DNA of 64,000 bases. Origin: Eledone cirrhosa (taxonomy: Eukaryota). Shown here in pieces: positions 11,874 to 24,890 of this stretch (its first letter is position 1; every line of letters begins with the position of its first letter). The position numbers were made by a program, and so were the translations under genes. The stretch is from NCBI GenBank assembly GCA_964016885.1, contig OZ024743.1, positions 170,438,001 through 170,502,000 of the forward strand, read 5' to 3'. The notes under the pieces are model-generated. The model was not told the DNA's origin. It did not search any database and saw nothing but the letters and a program-made list of their open reading frames with translations.

Positions 11874-12179
11874 AATATGGTTTTATAAATATAGTTTCCA
11901 TTTATTTAATATCATTGTATATATATTTATATGTACGTATATATATATAATACATATATAATTTATATAGATATATATGTATATATATATATCAATAATA
12001 TTGATAAATGGAAAATATCTTTATTTATAAATAAATTTATTAATATTATTAATATTAATGATACTCCAGAAAAACCCGTTCACTGCTTCTAATTTGTTGT
12101 AAATTAACTTTGTTGAATAATCAACGAACCAAATAACTCATTGTTTATATATATATATATAAATAATACATATATAGGC

Positions 12180-12478
12180 ACATGGAGGCACAAAAGGTTG
12201 TGAGTTCAATTCTCAGACCGGTGAGCAAGACACTTTATTTCACATTGCTCCAGTTTACTCAGCTGTAGAAATGAGATGATAGGGACTGGGGTCCATATCA
12301 CTCCACTGCAAAGTGGTCGTGGAGGTGCCACGGCAAAAAAGCACGCAGCACTCACTGTAAATGAGGTTGGTGTTAGGAAGGGCATCCAGCTGTAGAAATC
12401 AAGCCAGAAACAGTTCCTGTCCCACCCTTGCAAGCAGGGAAAAAGCGGACGTAAAATGAAATGATGATGATGATGATA
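12180..12478 (+). mobile_element. CORE-type SINE fragment joined to the RTE 3'-UTR-type repeat
   Basis: GTGAGTTCAATTC B-box and GAGCAAGACACTTT...TTGCTCCAGT, then GGAAGGGCATCC and a (GAT)n tail. Confidence 0.7.
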
Positions 12479-12627
12479 TATAATTTATAGATATCATCAT
12501 CATCGTTGAACCTCTATCTGCCACACTTTCATGGGTTAGACGGGAGTTGTCCCATTTGAGGCAATATTGGTCACGTGACCGTGTCATATATATATATATG
12601 AGAAAAACCACAAACCCTCCATCTCAA

Positions 12628-12671
12628 TTCTACTTTTGAAAAGCAGAAGAAGTGCGAAACCGGTAAAGGAA
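12628..12671 (+). ncRNA. Hammerhead ribozyme, U3:A8 core variant, in a TA-flanked repeat (about 12600-12800)
   Basis: ctt TTGAAAA gca-gaagaag-tgc GAAA ccgg TA aag. Confidence 0.6.
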
Positions 12672-12794
12672 CCAAATAAATATATATATTTTTTTTAAAG
12701 ACTCCAGTTGCATTTTCGATTTCATCTTTTTTCCTTATACTTTCACTCGTGTAGGACACCTCGGTTATTTTTCATTTTGTAAAAAAAACCTCAC

Positions 12795-12845
<51 letters not shown>

Positions 12846-12904
12846 TAACCCATGCTAGCGTGGAAGATGGGCGTTAAACGAAGATGATGATATATATGTG
12901 TATA

Positions 12905-13602
12905 TCTGTATATATATAAAGACGAAGTTTTCTGTATGTGTGTGTGGACAATTTTTAATGAGGGCTCATATATTCTAAACCATTCATGTGATTTCTTTGA
13001 AATTTTTTACAGAGCTTCTTGCACAAAACCTGTACATGATCTACAAAGGCTTTCAAAAATCGATATTGGTGCCTTTGGAGACATTAAAAAAGTTTCGGTT
13101 ATTTGTGTGAATTTTCGTGATTAAGTAAGACAAGAGTTATCTTTAAGTAATACAAGAGTTATCTTTCGTAATTCGGCTCATTCGGATTTTAATTTACTCT
13201 TTGTACTTGAAACAAAAGGTACGCTTCCTTGAGACTAACAATATCATTTTGTATATTTCACAACCAGCAATTACTAAGTTAAGTTATAGATTTGACATTG
13301 TATAATTTATCATTTCAAGCTTGATGTTCATACATTAAGTGATGTCATAACTTTTACAATATTATGCTTTGTACATAATAGTGTCTATTATTCACTTCAC
13401 TTTTCTATTACATGATGCGCTTTTACTGTTATCAAAAAAGACACCGAGCTCACATATTAATTATTTCGCTGGAATAGTGCCTAAGGTTTTCATGTTTACA
13501 TAAAGTACGTTTTTCTTCTATGTATTCAAATTTACTTTGTTTAGTTTAATGAGCTACATCGAAAGCTACTTGAACCGTCCAAAGGACGGGTAGTTTAGCT
13601 AG
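12905..13602 (+). mobile_element. Non-autonomous Helitron
   Basis: 5' a|TCTGTATATATATAAAG; 3' hairpin CCGTCC-AAA-GGACGG then ...CTAG|t (A/T target). Confidence 0.8.
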
Positions 13603-13914
13603 TATATATATATATATAATACATATATAATTTATATATATGTGTATATATATATATATATATATCAGTGGCAAAGGGTAATCTGGAAAGCAGGGCATGC
13701 AGTTCAATCGCCATGGCGGAAAGTGGGGCTGTGCAGCCTTACCCCCCCCCCAATTCCCTCTAAATGACTCTCCCGGTCAAAGCCGTATGTAGTGTTATCT
13801 AGTGTGTGTGTGTGTATATCTTTTTATGTGTCTACGATTTAGTAAGCAGCCAAAATTCTGCTTGCTTCAACCAACGCAATTGATCAACTCAAGATTCTAT
13901 GCACCCTTCGCACC

Positions 13915-13953
13915 TGATATATATATATATATATATATAATACATATATAATT

Positions 13954-13998
<45 letters not shown>

Positions 13999-14280
13999 CA
14001 TATATAATTTATATATATATAAATATATATATAATTTATATATATATATATAAATATATAATACATATATAATTTATATATATATATATACACAATACAC
14101 AATACATATATAATTTATATATATATGTATATATATATATATATAATACATATATCATTTATATATATATATGTATATATATATAATACGTATATAATTT
14201 ATATGTATATATGTATATAATACATATATAATTTATATGTATATATATATATATATAATACATATAATTTATATATATAT
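13915..14280. repeat. (TA)n / TAATACATATATAATTTA low-complexity minisatellite
   Basis: Directly visible tandem motif, also at about 11930, 13610 and 14900-15075. Confidence 0.9.
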
Positions 14281-14281
14281 A

Positions 14282-14905
14282 CTAGCAGTAAGGCATTGCC
14301 CTGGGCTGCTCAGTAGCTGTGTTAAAGTTACAATGTTAAGTTCCTTTCTTGGCTTAAAAACTGTAGAGTCTACAGTGTAGACTTTCATACGGTACTTTTG
14401 ATTAATATTCCCTCAACCAAGAGGATACCTTATGAAGTTAAGAAAACATAACCCTAACCCGAATGTTAAAACAAAAGAGGATGCTGGGGATAAATACTGC
14501 ACTGGTAATCTATTAACAAAAATCGAAAATGTAAACACTGCAACACTTGTCTCAGAGAAAAACATCAGTTTCACCAAACTATCAGTTATTTTGAAACAAA
14601 GAAATTGGATGGACATGAAAAACAAAAAAAAAATGCGTTATCTGTCTGTCAATGAAAATCTCATAAGGCTTTATTCGAGATCAATGTTTTTTTTACAAAA
14701 CATTTGCTTGTTTTACGGTGTATTCAAATAGGCTTGTTTTCAACTAAAAACATTGTTTTAAAAGAGTTTTTAATGGAAATGAAGCAAAATGGAAGCCTAA
14801 TGTTGAAACTTCGAACTCATGAAATTTGAACGTACAGTTTAGGAGGAGATGTGTGCTGACCGTTTTAGTAGACAGACAGCCAGATAACCTCAGTTTTATA
14901 TATAT
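14282..14905 (-). mobile_element. Non-autonomous Helitron
   Basis: a|CTAG terminus at 14282 with a GC-rich subterminal segment. The opposite end (rc) is TATATAAAACTGAGG followed by CTGT repeats, typical of Helitron 5' ends. Confidence 0.6.
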
Positions 14906-15689
14906 ATATATATATAATACATATATAATTTATATATATATATATGTATATATATATATGTGTGTATGTGTATATATATAATGCATATATATATATATAT
15001 AATTTATATATATATATATATAATACATATATAATTTATATATATATATATAATACATACATAATTTATATATATACGCGTGTGTGTGTGTACATATGAA
15101 GAACATTTTTTGTTTGTCTGTTTTTCTCCAATGCCTCTAAAATCCAGTGGCCCAATCATATGCATGAATAGGTTTTCGTCATACTTGGTTGTCATGGAAT
15201 GAAAGAAACATAAAGAATGTGAAGCAAGTGAGTCATATGCGTTCAAACATCCCTCCCCTTCCTCTGCGTTCAACATATTAGCCATCCTCTCATCTATCGG
15301 CTACAGCATGCGTGGTCATATATTTATATTACTTACTTATGGTCATATCTACTTCACATTTAACCTGTGTGTATATATTCTCCATATCTTTCCCTTATTC
15401 ATGTATATATGCTACCTGTTTGTATACAAGCTCCAAAATCAAATTGATTTATGGAAACACTACTAAAAATAACATTTGTGAAACTTTGTAATTGTTTTTT
15501 GCATATTCATTTCCATTAGTTTTTGTTGTGTTTTCCACAAGATAGCTCAAACAACTCAAAGGCTATGTCAATAGAGAGCAAGAACAGAATACTTACGAAT
15601 TAAAAAGATTGCCTCAAGAACTGTTAATTCAAATTTCCTCAAATTGTCCAAATTGAGGTGCTGAAGAATGGAATGGTGAGTCAATTGGA

Positions 15690-17088
15690 TTGATGAAATT
15701 AAATACATGAACAACCAGAATTCTCGAGGAGACTGCTGATTGGTACAACTACTGAATCAAGACACTTTCTTCAAAATATCCAGAAGTACAATAATGCATT
15801 CCAAATGACATCATTTGGTGCAAATGTCATCCATGAAGGTGGCTTTATGCTCATTTTCAAGATCCAAGAGCAATTGGACCACTTTAGCCACTTTCAGAAG
15901 AAGATATGAAAACCCAAGCACTGACAAGGTATGAAAGGAATAAGGAAACATATTGCAACTACAAGATATGTTACATAGCTATATTAGAAGTTTCAAATTT
16001 GACCTAGGAAATGCACCTGTAGAAGAACTCACAGTACTGATGAATGCTGACAGGAGACCACCAGGAGAGCATTCATGCTGTTATAATGCACCTGAATGTA
16101 ATGAAGTTGCTATTGTAATATCTGGAGAAGAGCATGGTGAACGTGACATAATCCTTCATAGGAGAGATAATCAGTTACAGAGAATAAATGAAACATCGCT
16201 CTTATGATGTCCTCCAGTATGCTTTAATTTATGTGAATGGAGAAGATGGACACCATTTTAAAATTCCTCAAAAAGATGAAAAGGAAAATACCAGGAAGAC
16301 AGTCTTGGGTATGGATTTTTACTCCTATTTTATGGTTCAAGACAATTTCAATTTCCTCCACAGAATGCAAAATTTGTTCCATCAATTTGCTGTGGACATG
16401 TATGCAAAAGTTGAGGCAGAAAAATTAGCATTAATCAGATATCACCAGAAAAAAATACAAAATGTTTTGCCCTGCATACAAAAAGATGACTGCATGACGC
16501 CTGTGAGCGAAGTGCAATGCTGCATGGTAGTGAAACGTGTGTTGTGACTGTAGAGGACATGTGTAGACTGGAGAGAAATGAAGCAACCAGGCTTCGTTGG
16601 ATATGCAATGTAAATGTGAGAGAGAGGCAGGGCTTGAATGAGCTGAGGGAGAAGCTAGGTTTAAGTATCAGTTGAAGGTATCAATAAGTCGTTTTATAGT
16701 CTTTGATTTTTTACAGAACAAAGAAAAATTGATACTATTTGAAATTTATCTACACTCCAGTTTTATCCATATACTATTTACAGTCCATCCTAACAAAGCA
16801 ACACTTCAGAAGCAATGTTATGCGGTATATTGCTGTGTTTCAGATGACATCCTTTGGAGATGAAAAAGATCATACTGACTATGGTTATTTCACAACATCC
16901 AAGGCCAATGCTACCATTTAATCCCCAGCCTAATAAAGGAGTTTTTTTTTTATGTCTCCCTCACACACACTCACACACACACATTACGGTCTCACCTCAT
17001 ACCAGACAACACATCCAATACAGTCATTTTCTCTTTTATCTGTCTTCTCTTAACTGTTCTCCCGAGTGAAGCGGAGTATTTCAGCTAG
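15690..17088 (+). mobile_element. Helitron RepHel pseudogene fragments plus Helitron 3' end
   Basis: YNNAFQMTSFG, GEH..YNAPECNEVA, RDIIL, HRSYDVLQY, LFHQFAVDMYAKVE. Second FQMTSFG fragment near 16800-16860. 3' end ...tcagCTAG|t at 17088. An RTE scrap interrupts at about 16470-16670. Confidence 0.85.
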
Positions 17089-17099
17089 TGTTCTCACAG

Positions 17100-17375
17100 G
17101 TACAAGCTGAAGCATATAGACAGTATGCCCTCACCCCGCTCCCACTGCAAAGTGGTCATGGAGGTGTCACGACAAAAAAGCACCCAGTCCACACTGTAGA
17201 GTGGCCGTGTAGGCGCCATGTAAGAAAGCACCCAGTACTCACTCTAAATGAGGTTGATGTTAGGAGGGCATCCATCTGTAGAAATCAAGCCAAAATCAGT
17301 TCCTGCATGGGCAAGACATGGTCACCTGACCTGACACTGCCCACAACAGGACAAACCCGTCTAACCTATGTTAGA
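17100..17375 (+). mobile_element. RTE 3'-UTR-derived repeat
   Basis: Homologous to 45905-46135. Confidence 0.8.
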
Positions 17376-17821
17376 TGTATGAGGTTATAGTGAATAAGTT
17401 CACTATTTTCATTGGTAAGATAAGTTAAGCTGAATGTCTCTTTTTCACTTTGTTCATCATGAGTGAATAGCTAGGGTAGCTGATCATTTATAATTCAAAC
17501 TTCAGTAAGATTAAAATTATTGTTTATTTACACATCTATGCACGTTTCAATACAACACTATATTATACATCTATAATAGAGAAAAATGAAAAATGTTCAG
17601 TTAATTAACTTCATGTAATTGCTTTACTTCAGGCTGTATCTCTTCAAGAAGTAGAAAAGGCAATAATATTTAACATCAAAAAGAAAAGCATGAATTTCAT
17701 AGGATTCCTTGTACAAAAGCAAAAAAGCAATATTATATACTTATGTTCATAAGTACATATATGTATATAAATATATATCCATATATATATACGTATATAA
17801 ATATAGATATATATATATATA

Positions 17822-19260
17822 TCATCATCATTTTACGTCCGCATTTCCCTGCTTGCAAGGGTGGGACGGGTCCTGTTCAGCACAGTATCTCTCCACTTGT
17901 CACGGTCTTTCATCATCTCTTCTGTGAGCTTCAGCGATCTGCCAATGTTTTTCGTGGTCTTCCTCTACTGCGTCTTCCCTCTACTGGGATTTCTTGACAC
18001 TTCTTTACCCAGCAGTCATCCTCCATGTGCATCACATGTCTATGCCATCGCAGTCTTCTCTTCCGCACACTACAACTCATCCCTCTTAAACACAATTCTC
18101 TCTCAACTCATCTATGCTTGATCATTCACGCACATTGACATTGCACATCCAACGGAGCATGCTTGTTTCATTTCTCTCCAGCCGTTGCATTTGCTGCCTC
18201 TGCAGTTGCTGCCCATGTCTCACTACCATGCAGCATCGCACATCTCACACAAGCATCATGTAACCGGCCTTTCATACGCAGGGAGAAACCCTTCTTTGTC
18301 AACAGAGGAAGCAGCTCCCTAAACTTCTTCCAACCCGTCCTTATTCTAGGTACTATGGCCTTAGAACATCCCCCTCCCATGCTAATCTGATCACCTAGGT
18401 ACCAGAAGCTATCAACCACTTCTATAGAACCCACCTGCATTGGAAAAATGTGTCTATCACTGCGACTTCTACTGTCAAATTTCCCTGTACATCTACTGCA
18501 TATGTAGTTTTCCCACCTGTTAGTTTGCCTGCTATCCCACTACATCTCTTGTGTATCCAAGATCTGCATTGTGTACATTTTATAGAATTTATGCCAGTTT
18601 TTTTCCAGATATCGAACATGGCCATTTCTCTGATGGAATCAGAGTTTTGTCCTCTCTTCTACTTATCAACACTTTTGTTTTAGCTATGTTCACTCTCAGG
18701 CCTCTTGATTCCAACTGCTGTTTCCATAGCCAGATCGTCAGCATAGAGAAGTTCCCATGGGCAGCCAGTTTTAAACTCCTCTGTTATGGCTGAGGACCGA
18801 ACCCTGATGTACACCTACTTGTATCTGGAATTCCTCACTAAACGCCATTCCTACTCTCATTTTACTGACAGTACATAGCTTGACTGTCCTCAAAAGCCAT
18901 TCCTCTACACCTAGTTTCCTTAGGGACAACCAGATGACAGATCGGGGTACCCTATCAAAGGCCTTCTCTAGGTCAACAAAAGCTAAGTATAGTGGCATAT
19001 TCTTCTCTAAGATCCTCTCTTGTAGTTGTCTCACTAAGAAGAAGGCATCTGTTGTACTTTTCCCAGGCACAAAACCAAACTGCATCTCATCTAGTTTGAC
19101 CCTTTCTCTAATCAGTTGTGCTAATATTCTCTCTGCCACCTTCATAACCTGATCCATCAGTTTTATGCCCCTATAATTGCTCCTCTCCAGAGCATCCCCT
19201 TTACCTTTGTAGCAATTTATGAGAATATTGCTGCACCTGTCTTTGGGTATGACACTGCCA
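17822..19260 (-). mobile_element. RTE LINE family 1, 5'-truncated
   Basis: AFVDLEKAFDRVPR, QGSVLS, FWYLG, HGSETW; (GAT)n tail. Confidence 0.93.
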
Positions 19261-19306
19261 TATATATATAATCCTTATTGAGCCCTCTTTGGATTTTAGT
19301 CTTCAC

Positions 19307-19342
<36 letters not shown>

Positions 19343-19844
19343 CGTGCTGAATCTCTTGAGACTTGTGTAACTATGAAGGAGTAAGTCAGTTGAATTTTAC
19401 TCTTTCAAAGGAGGTGGATTTTTAACTGTATCTCACGCCCTTAAGGGCTGAATTTGTATTCATTTAGAATCTTACCCCTCAATTTAAAAATAAAAAAATC
19501 ATGAAAAAAATTGTCCACAGGGAAGAACAGTGGGTTGTTCGGAGGGTAGAACAGCTGATTCCGTCCAATCACAAGGCACAGGCAAGAACAACAGAAACAG
19601 CAGCAGCCACAGTGGTGTTGACAACAGCAGCAACAACGACAGTGACAGTGGTGGTGACAACAGCAGCAGCAACTTGAACAGTAGCACCAGCCTCTCAATG
19701 TCAAACTACTATGAACATTTTCCATCATTAGAAGGATCAGGCACCACCGCCACCTCAATAACAACAATAACAGCAGCAACAACCATAAAGAACCCAGGGA
19801 GCAACAACTGTAACAGCAGCAACACAGAAAAAAAAAGAAAGACC

Positions 19845-19875
<31 letters not shown>

Positions 19876-22800
19876 GCAGCAACAAAGGCAAGACTAGCGA
19901 TGAGTCAACACAGCAGACCACAACCACATCGTTCATTAAAGCCACAAAAAATGTCCAATGAGGAGATAAAGCAAGCCAAGATGTTGGTTAAAAAGACTGC
20001 ACACAGGGTAAGTCTCAACCACCCAGCTTATATAATGGAAAACAAGCTTTTGTGTTCGGTCAATTTTCTGGGCACAGAAAACATACATAGCCCGAGAATC
20101 AAGGTATGGCACTGTGGATGTACCCTTTGCTACACCGGAAGAAGCCAGAGCACACTCCATTGCGCCACTCCACAGTGACTAAATAATAATGATGCCCACA
20201 TACTGTGGCCAGAGGGTCATGATGGTTCGAGTAACCAAGGTTCCTCCTTCAGTGAAGATCACGTGGCCGATGATGGCTGTCCTCGCTGACGTGGAGGATT
20301 CAACAACTATCCTCGACGTCATGTGGATAAGACAGGAGAATTGGACAGGGTCGGGGATGGAGCTAATCACCCAAGAAAACCATGAGAGTATTGAGGCCAT
20401 CCCCGATGTAATAGACCTGGGTGATGGCAGCCATCTACCCATGACTGTCGAAGGTAAGCGCCCAAGGTGTCATGGATGAAGTGACAAGACGCACCTTAAG
20501 GCCTTCTGCCCCAAACTCACCAAGATGGGCACACGCTCCCCCGTTCTCCCTGCGCCGTGTCCCGCGACTGGAGTGGACAAACAAACAAAGACCACAGTGG
20601 CAGAAGAAAATTCCTTATCACCAACAACAAAAACACCATCTCCTCCACCACCAACAGAACCAATGGAGAGCATGCTCCTTCCCAATAGTGCTAAATCGGA
20701 CAAGGCATGCGATGAAGTCGAAGGATGGAAAACCATCCCAGAAAAAAAAAAAAAGAACTCCCTACCTTCGCTCTCCAAAAAAAAAAGAGGAAGAAAGAAA
20801 CCCAAAAAAGAAAATGAAAACGACCCCACCTCCTTCACCACCATCAACAGCCACACCTCCACAACCACCTACACCATCACCACCACCACCACCATTAGCA
20901 TCTACCTCATCGTCTCCTCCAACAACACCACAGCAAACACAGAGAGCACCAACACCCCAACAACAGACACAATACACAGCCATAGACACAGACAACACAA
21001 AGCTTTTAAATTACATTCAACATCACAGAAACAAACTACGTACAGACCACCAAAATTGCCCCCCCCCCCCCCCCCCACACACACACACATAAAAATAATA
21101 GAAATCATGACACAAAAAAATTACATGACATTAAAAAGAATGTTCCCCACATCAATTGGAGACTACCGAGGGAACATCACTAAAAGAATATTCACAGACA
21201 TTCTCGTCGAGAAACCCGCCACTGTGTGTTCCGGAGAAGTCTGGATCTCAACGTAGTCTGGACCCAGAAGGTAAGTACGTGGTGCTGGACGTGACTAGCG
21301 GAGAAGGGCAAGCTTTCAGGCTAGTGGCCGTCTATGCCCCAACAGGAGCAGGACGGCCTGACTTCTTCCGGTGTCTGGAGACCTTTCTTGGAACGTCCCG
21401 CTCTTTAGTGTTAGTGGGCGACTGGAACGGGATATTAGATTCACGCTGGGACTGTGTGGGATTAGCAGATAGGGGAGGAGAGTGTAAAAGCCTCGCAAAC
21501 CTGCTCAGACGTTTTCAACTGTCTGACAGGTACCGGTTGGATTTCCGAATGTGCCAATGTGGACTTGGACAAACCGCATCGGGTCATCCAGATAGGGTAT
21601 TTTGTAGGGAAATAGATACGTCTAGCATAGGCTGTCCACAATTCAAGATAGTCAACTACACAGACCACAAATTCGTGATCTGTGAAGTTGAATTAGATAG
21701 GCTTCATAGACAGCGACCCAGCTACTGTAAGCTAAATGTGTCGTTAACAGCGCACAAAGCTTACAGAGACCGGATTAGTTAAGCGGGTGTTGACGGGGGC
21801 CATCGTCAACAACAAATGGTGGTTTGCCCTGAAAAGAGCGATTAGAATAGAGTCCATTAGGTTTAGTAAGGCTTTAGCAATAGAGAAAAATATAGCAGCG
21901 GGAGAACTAGTTAGAAATTTAGACGATGCGCTTAGGAGAAAGGCATCGTGAACGACGTGCTTGTGGCGAAATTGATCCTCGACCAATGTTTCAACGCAAA
22001 GCGGAGGTGCGTCGTGCCAACAAAGCCACGATCCGGTGTTTGGCGGACCACAACAGGCGCATGCTACTCGATCTTGGGCAGATGTGTGCGGTTTTTCAGC
22101 GATACTTTGCTCAGCTGTTTGGAGGCAGTGGCAGGATGGACTTTAGTGCCTACCTCGACGGACTGCCGCGGCTCTCGGACACTGAGGCGGAATGTTGCGA
22201 AAAGCCAATAACAGCTGCTGAAGTACAGAAGTCAATGACTGGCTGCACAATGCGTAAATCACCTGGTTTGGATGGTCTGCCCTACGAACTTTATGTACAT
22301 ATGCCAGACTTGTTCGGAGACATCTTGACGGATGTCTACTGCAACTGGCAGCAGTAGGGGAGAATTCCCAGCTCTGTGAGCCAAGGAGCGGTGGTGCTGC
22401 TGAGAAAGGATCCGAACAAGCATAACATAGATAATTTCAGGCCCATAACTCTGCTAAACACAGTGTTCAAGATTTTGACCAAGATGGTAGGAAAGAGGTT
22501 GGCACTTGTCGTCGGTAGTCTGGTGGGAGAGGCGCAGACATGCGCCATTCCAGACAGATCCATCCATGACAACCTCTACCTCATTTGATACATCGTGGAG
22601 AGGGTAGCTAGGGAACCTGGCACGGGTGGGTCCTTGATCAATTTAGATCAGTCGAAAGCTTTCGATAGGGTTGACCATCGTTATCTGGCGGCAGTCCTGA
22701 GGGCGGCTGGCTTTGGGCCTGTCTTTAGAGGCTGGATCGCTGCCATGCACAGCAACATCTGATCTGTGGTGAGAGTGAATTGTCACCTTTCGGAACCATT

Positions 22801-24373
22801 CAACATCATGCGCTCAGTCCACCAAGGATGTCCCCTCTCGTTCCTGTTGTATGTATTGACTCTCGAGCCATCACTGCACAAACTGGGATGCAGAAGAACC
22901 GTGTCAGGATATGGAGACGACGTCACTGTAGTGGTGTCTAACACCAAACACATCGAGGTGATCGGCACCACACTAAGAGAATACGAGGCGGTGACAAGAG
23001 TAATGATCAACCAGGAAAATCGGTTGCGGACAAACTGGTTAAATTGCTAGGAGTCTGGTTCTGTCCGGACCTCCAGTTGGATAAAAACTGGGATGAGGTG
23101 GCCTCGGTCGAGCGGAGGTGGCAAACGTGTACATTGCGTCCGTCATCTACTACTTCCTGACCTTGTCCTAAGCCTCGCCTGACTGCTCTGGAGCGTTTGT
23201 TCTTTCGCTTTTTGTGGAAGGGACGTGCTCCGATAGTCAGGCGGTCCATCTGCTGTCAGCACCCACTATGCAGAGGGCTAGTGATGCACAGACATGTTCT
23301 CAGGCTATGACATCTCCACCTCTTCCTCAACGGTGATCATGTGTGGTAGACGCGTGTTTCCCCAGCTCGTCTCCTTGACGGAGCTGCAGTCCTGGGTCAA
23401 GCGAAGACCGAGAGGGAGCGCTTGGAAACTGAAATATCTTCAGGCATTTACAGCCCTCGACCACTCGAGCAATGCGATCGGTGGAAACTGCACCTTGGCA
23501 TTCTACAGAGGGTTAGTGGAGGGAAAGAGCGATGACATCCTTGGGGAGACTCTAGGCATTGACTAAAATCAACTAGGCAATCTCTTCGGGAGAACTTTCA
23601 GGCTGAGGCCCATGGAAAACTTCCAGAAATCCCTGGCCTGGCAGTGCTATCGAGGAGCCTTGCCAGATCGGGATAAACTCTACAGGCATGGAAGTGCCAT
23701 CAACCGGGCATTTCCGAGAGGCACGCAGGGCAACGAAACCGTCCTGCATGCACTCGTCCGGCGTCCGAGCATTGCTGACTTGTGGGTTTATGTCGAACAC
23801 CTGCTGTCGCGTGTAGGACGGATCCGGTTATCAGCTGAGTCCATTGTGAGTATTGCCCCGCCGTCTTCCTTTAGCTGGGAAGGGCAGGCAGTTTTTATCT
23901 GTCTGGGGGCCATGGCAAAACAGATAGTGTGGTGGACGCGTTTGAAAGGGCTGAAGACGAGCACTTACCTCTTCGGTGATGCCCTGATTAAATTTTTCAA
24001 ATTTCATTTGAAAAGGAAAATCAGGGTAAAGAGGGAAGTGCTCTCTTCCCAGAATTTTGTTGAAAGATGGGTGAGAGAGGCAAGCATGACACGAGTGAAT
24101 GGGCCTACTCTGAGTATGGAAAGGTGGAAAACTGGGAGAAGGCACTTGACCTGGTGGTCAGGGTCACTGTGGCTATTTTAATGGGCTTTCTCCACGAATG
24201 TCCCTCAAAAGTCTCCCCCTTATTGGGGAATTTTTCATTGTTTCTTTTTTGTTACATCCTCTGTTTTTTGTTTTTTTTTACATGCAGAAATGCCCATTTG
24301 TACCATCCTCTATTGTCCTATTTTGTCCTTAATGTTATACTTTGTGTCAACCATTGTGGTTAATAAAGAAAGC
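19343..24373 (+). mobile_element. L1/Tx1-clade non-LTR retrotransposon, near full-length and degraded, inserted in (ATT)n
   Basis: ORF1 remnant with knuckle RPRCHG*SDKTHLKAFCP (about 20460-20512). ORF2: VYAP, GDWN, TDH (APE); KSPGLDG, NFRPITLLN, KAFDRV, QGCPLS, YGDD (RT); C-terminal ETVLHAL. 3' AATAAAGAAAG. Confidence 0.9.
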
Positions 24374-24417
24374 ATTATTATTATTATTATTATTATTACT
24401 ATATATATATATATATT

Positions 24418-24871
24418 TGGTTTTTGAATTTGTTTTGCAAAATTTCTTATCTGAAAATGTGTGTTGAAACAGATATTTTATACTTTGGGAGGGTCATGCT
24501 GCCAATAAAAACGCACGCCCCTATTGGTTTTCACTTCAATTTATTTCAGGTTGGTTGGTTGTTTCAATAACCGGAAGGTTGTTTATATATTGTCGAAGCC
24601 CTTTCATCACACATTCTGTGACCTCCTCAGTGACTGGGTTTTATTTTGTGTCTCTTCTTTGTTCATCTTGTTTTTGTGTTGTGTGCTATATCACAAAAAC
24701 AAGATGGTATAGGATTGAATAAAGCAGAGACATAAAATAAAAAAGCCAAGTCACTGAGGTTACAGAATGTGTGACGAAAGAGATTTTACAATATATAAAC
24801 AACCATCCAGTTATCGAAAATCAACAGGTGTGTGTGTTTTTATTGGCAGCATGACCCTCGCAAAGTATAAT
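24418..24871. repeat. Head-to-head PLE terminal-repeat hairpin in (TA)n; HHR at 24592-24634 (-) and a degenerate copy at about 24750-24790 (+)
   Basis: Diverged inverted repeat centred near 24685. rc reads gtca CTGAGGA g gtcac-agaatgt-gtgat GAAA gggct TC gac. Distal end resembles 44784-44860. Confidence 0.8.
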
Positions 24872-24890
24872 AATATATATATACATATAT

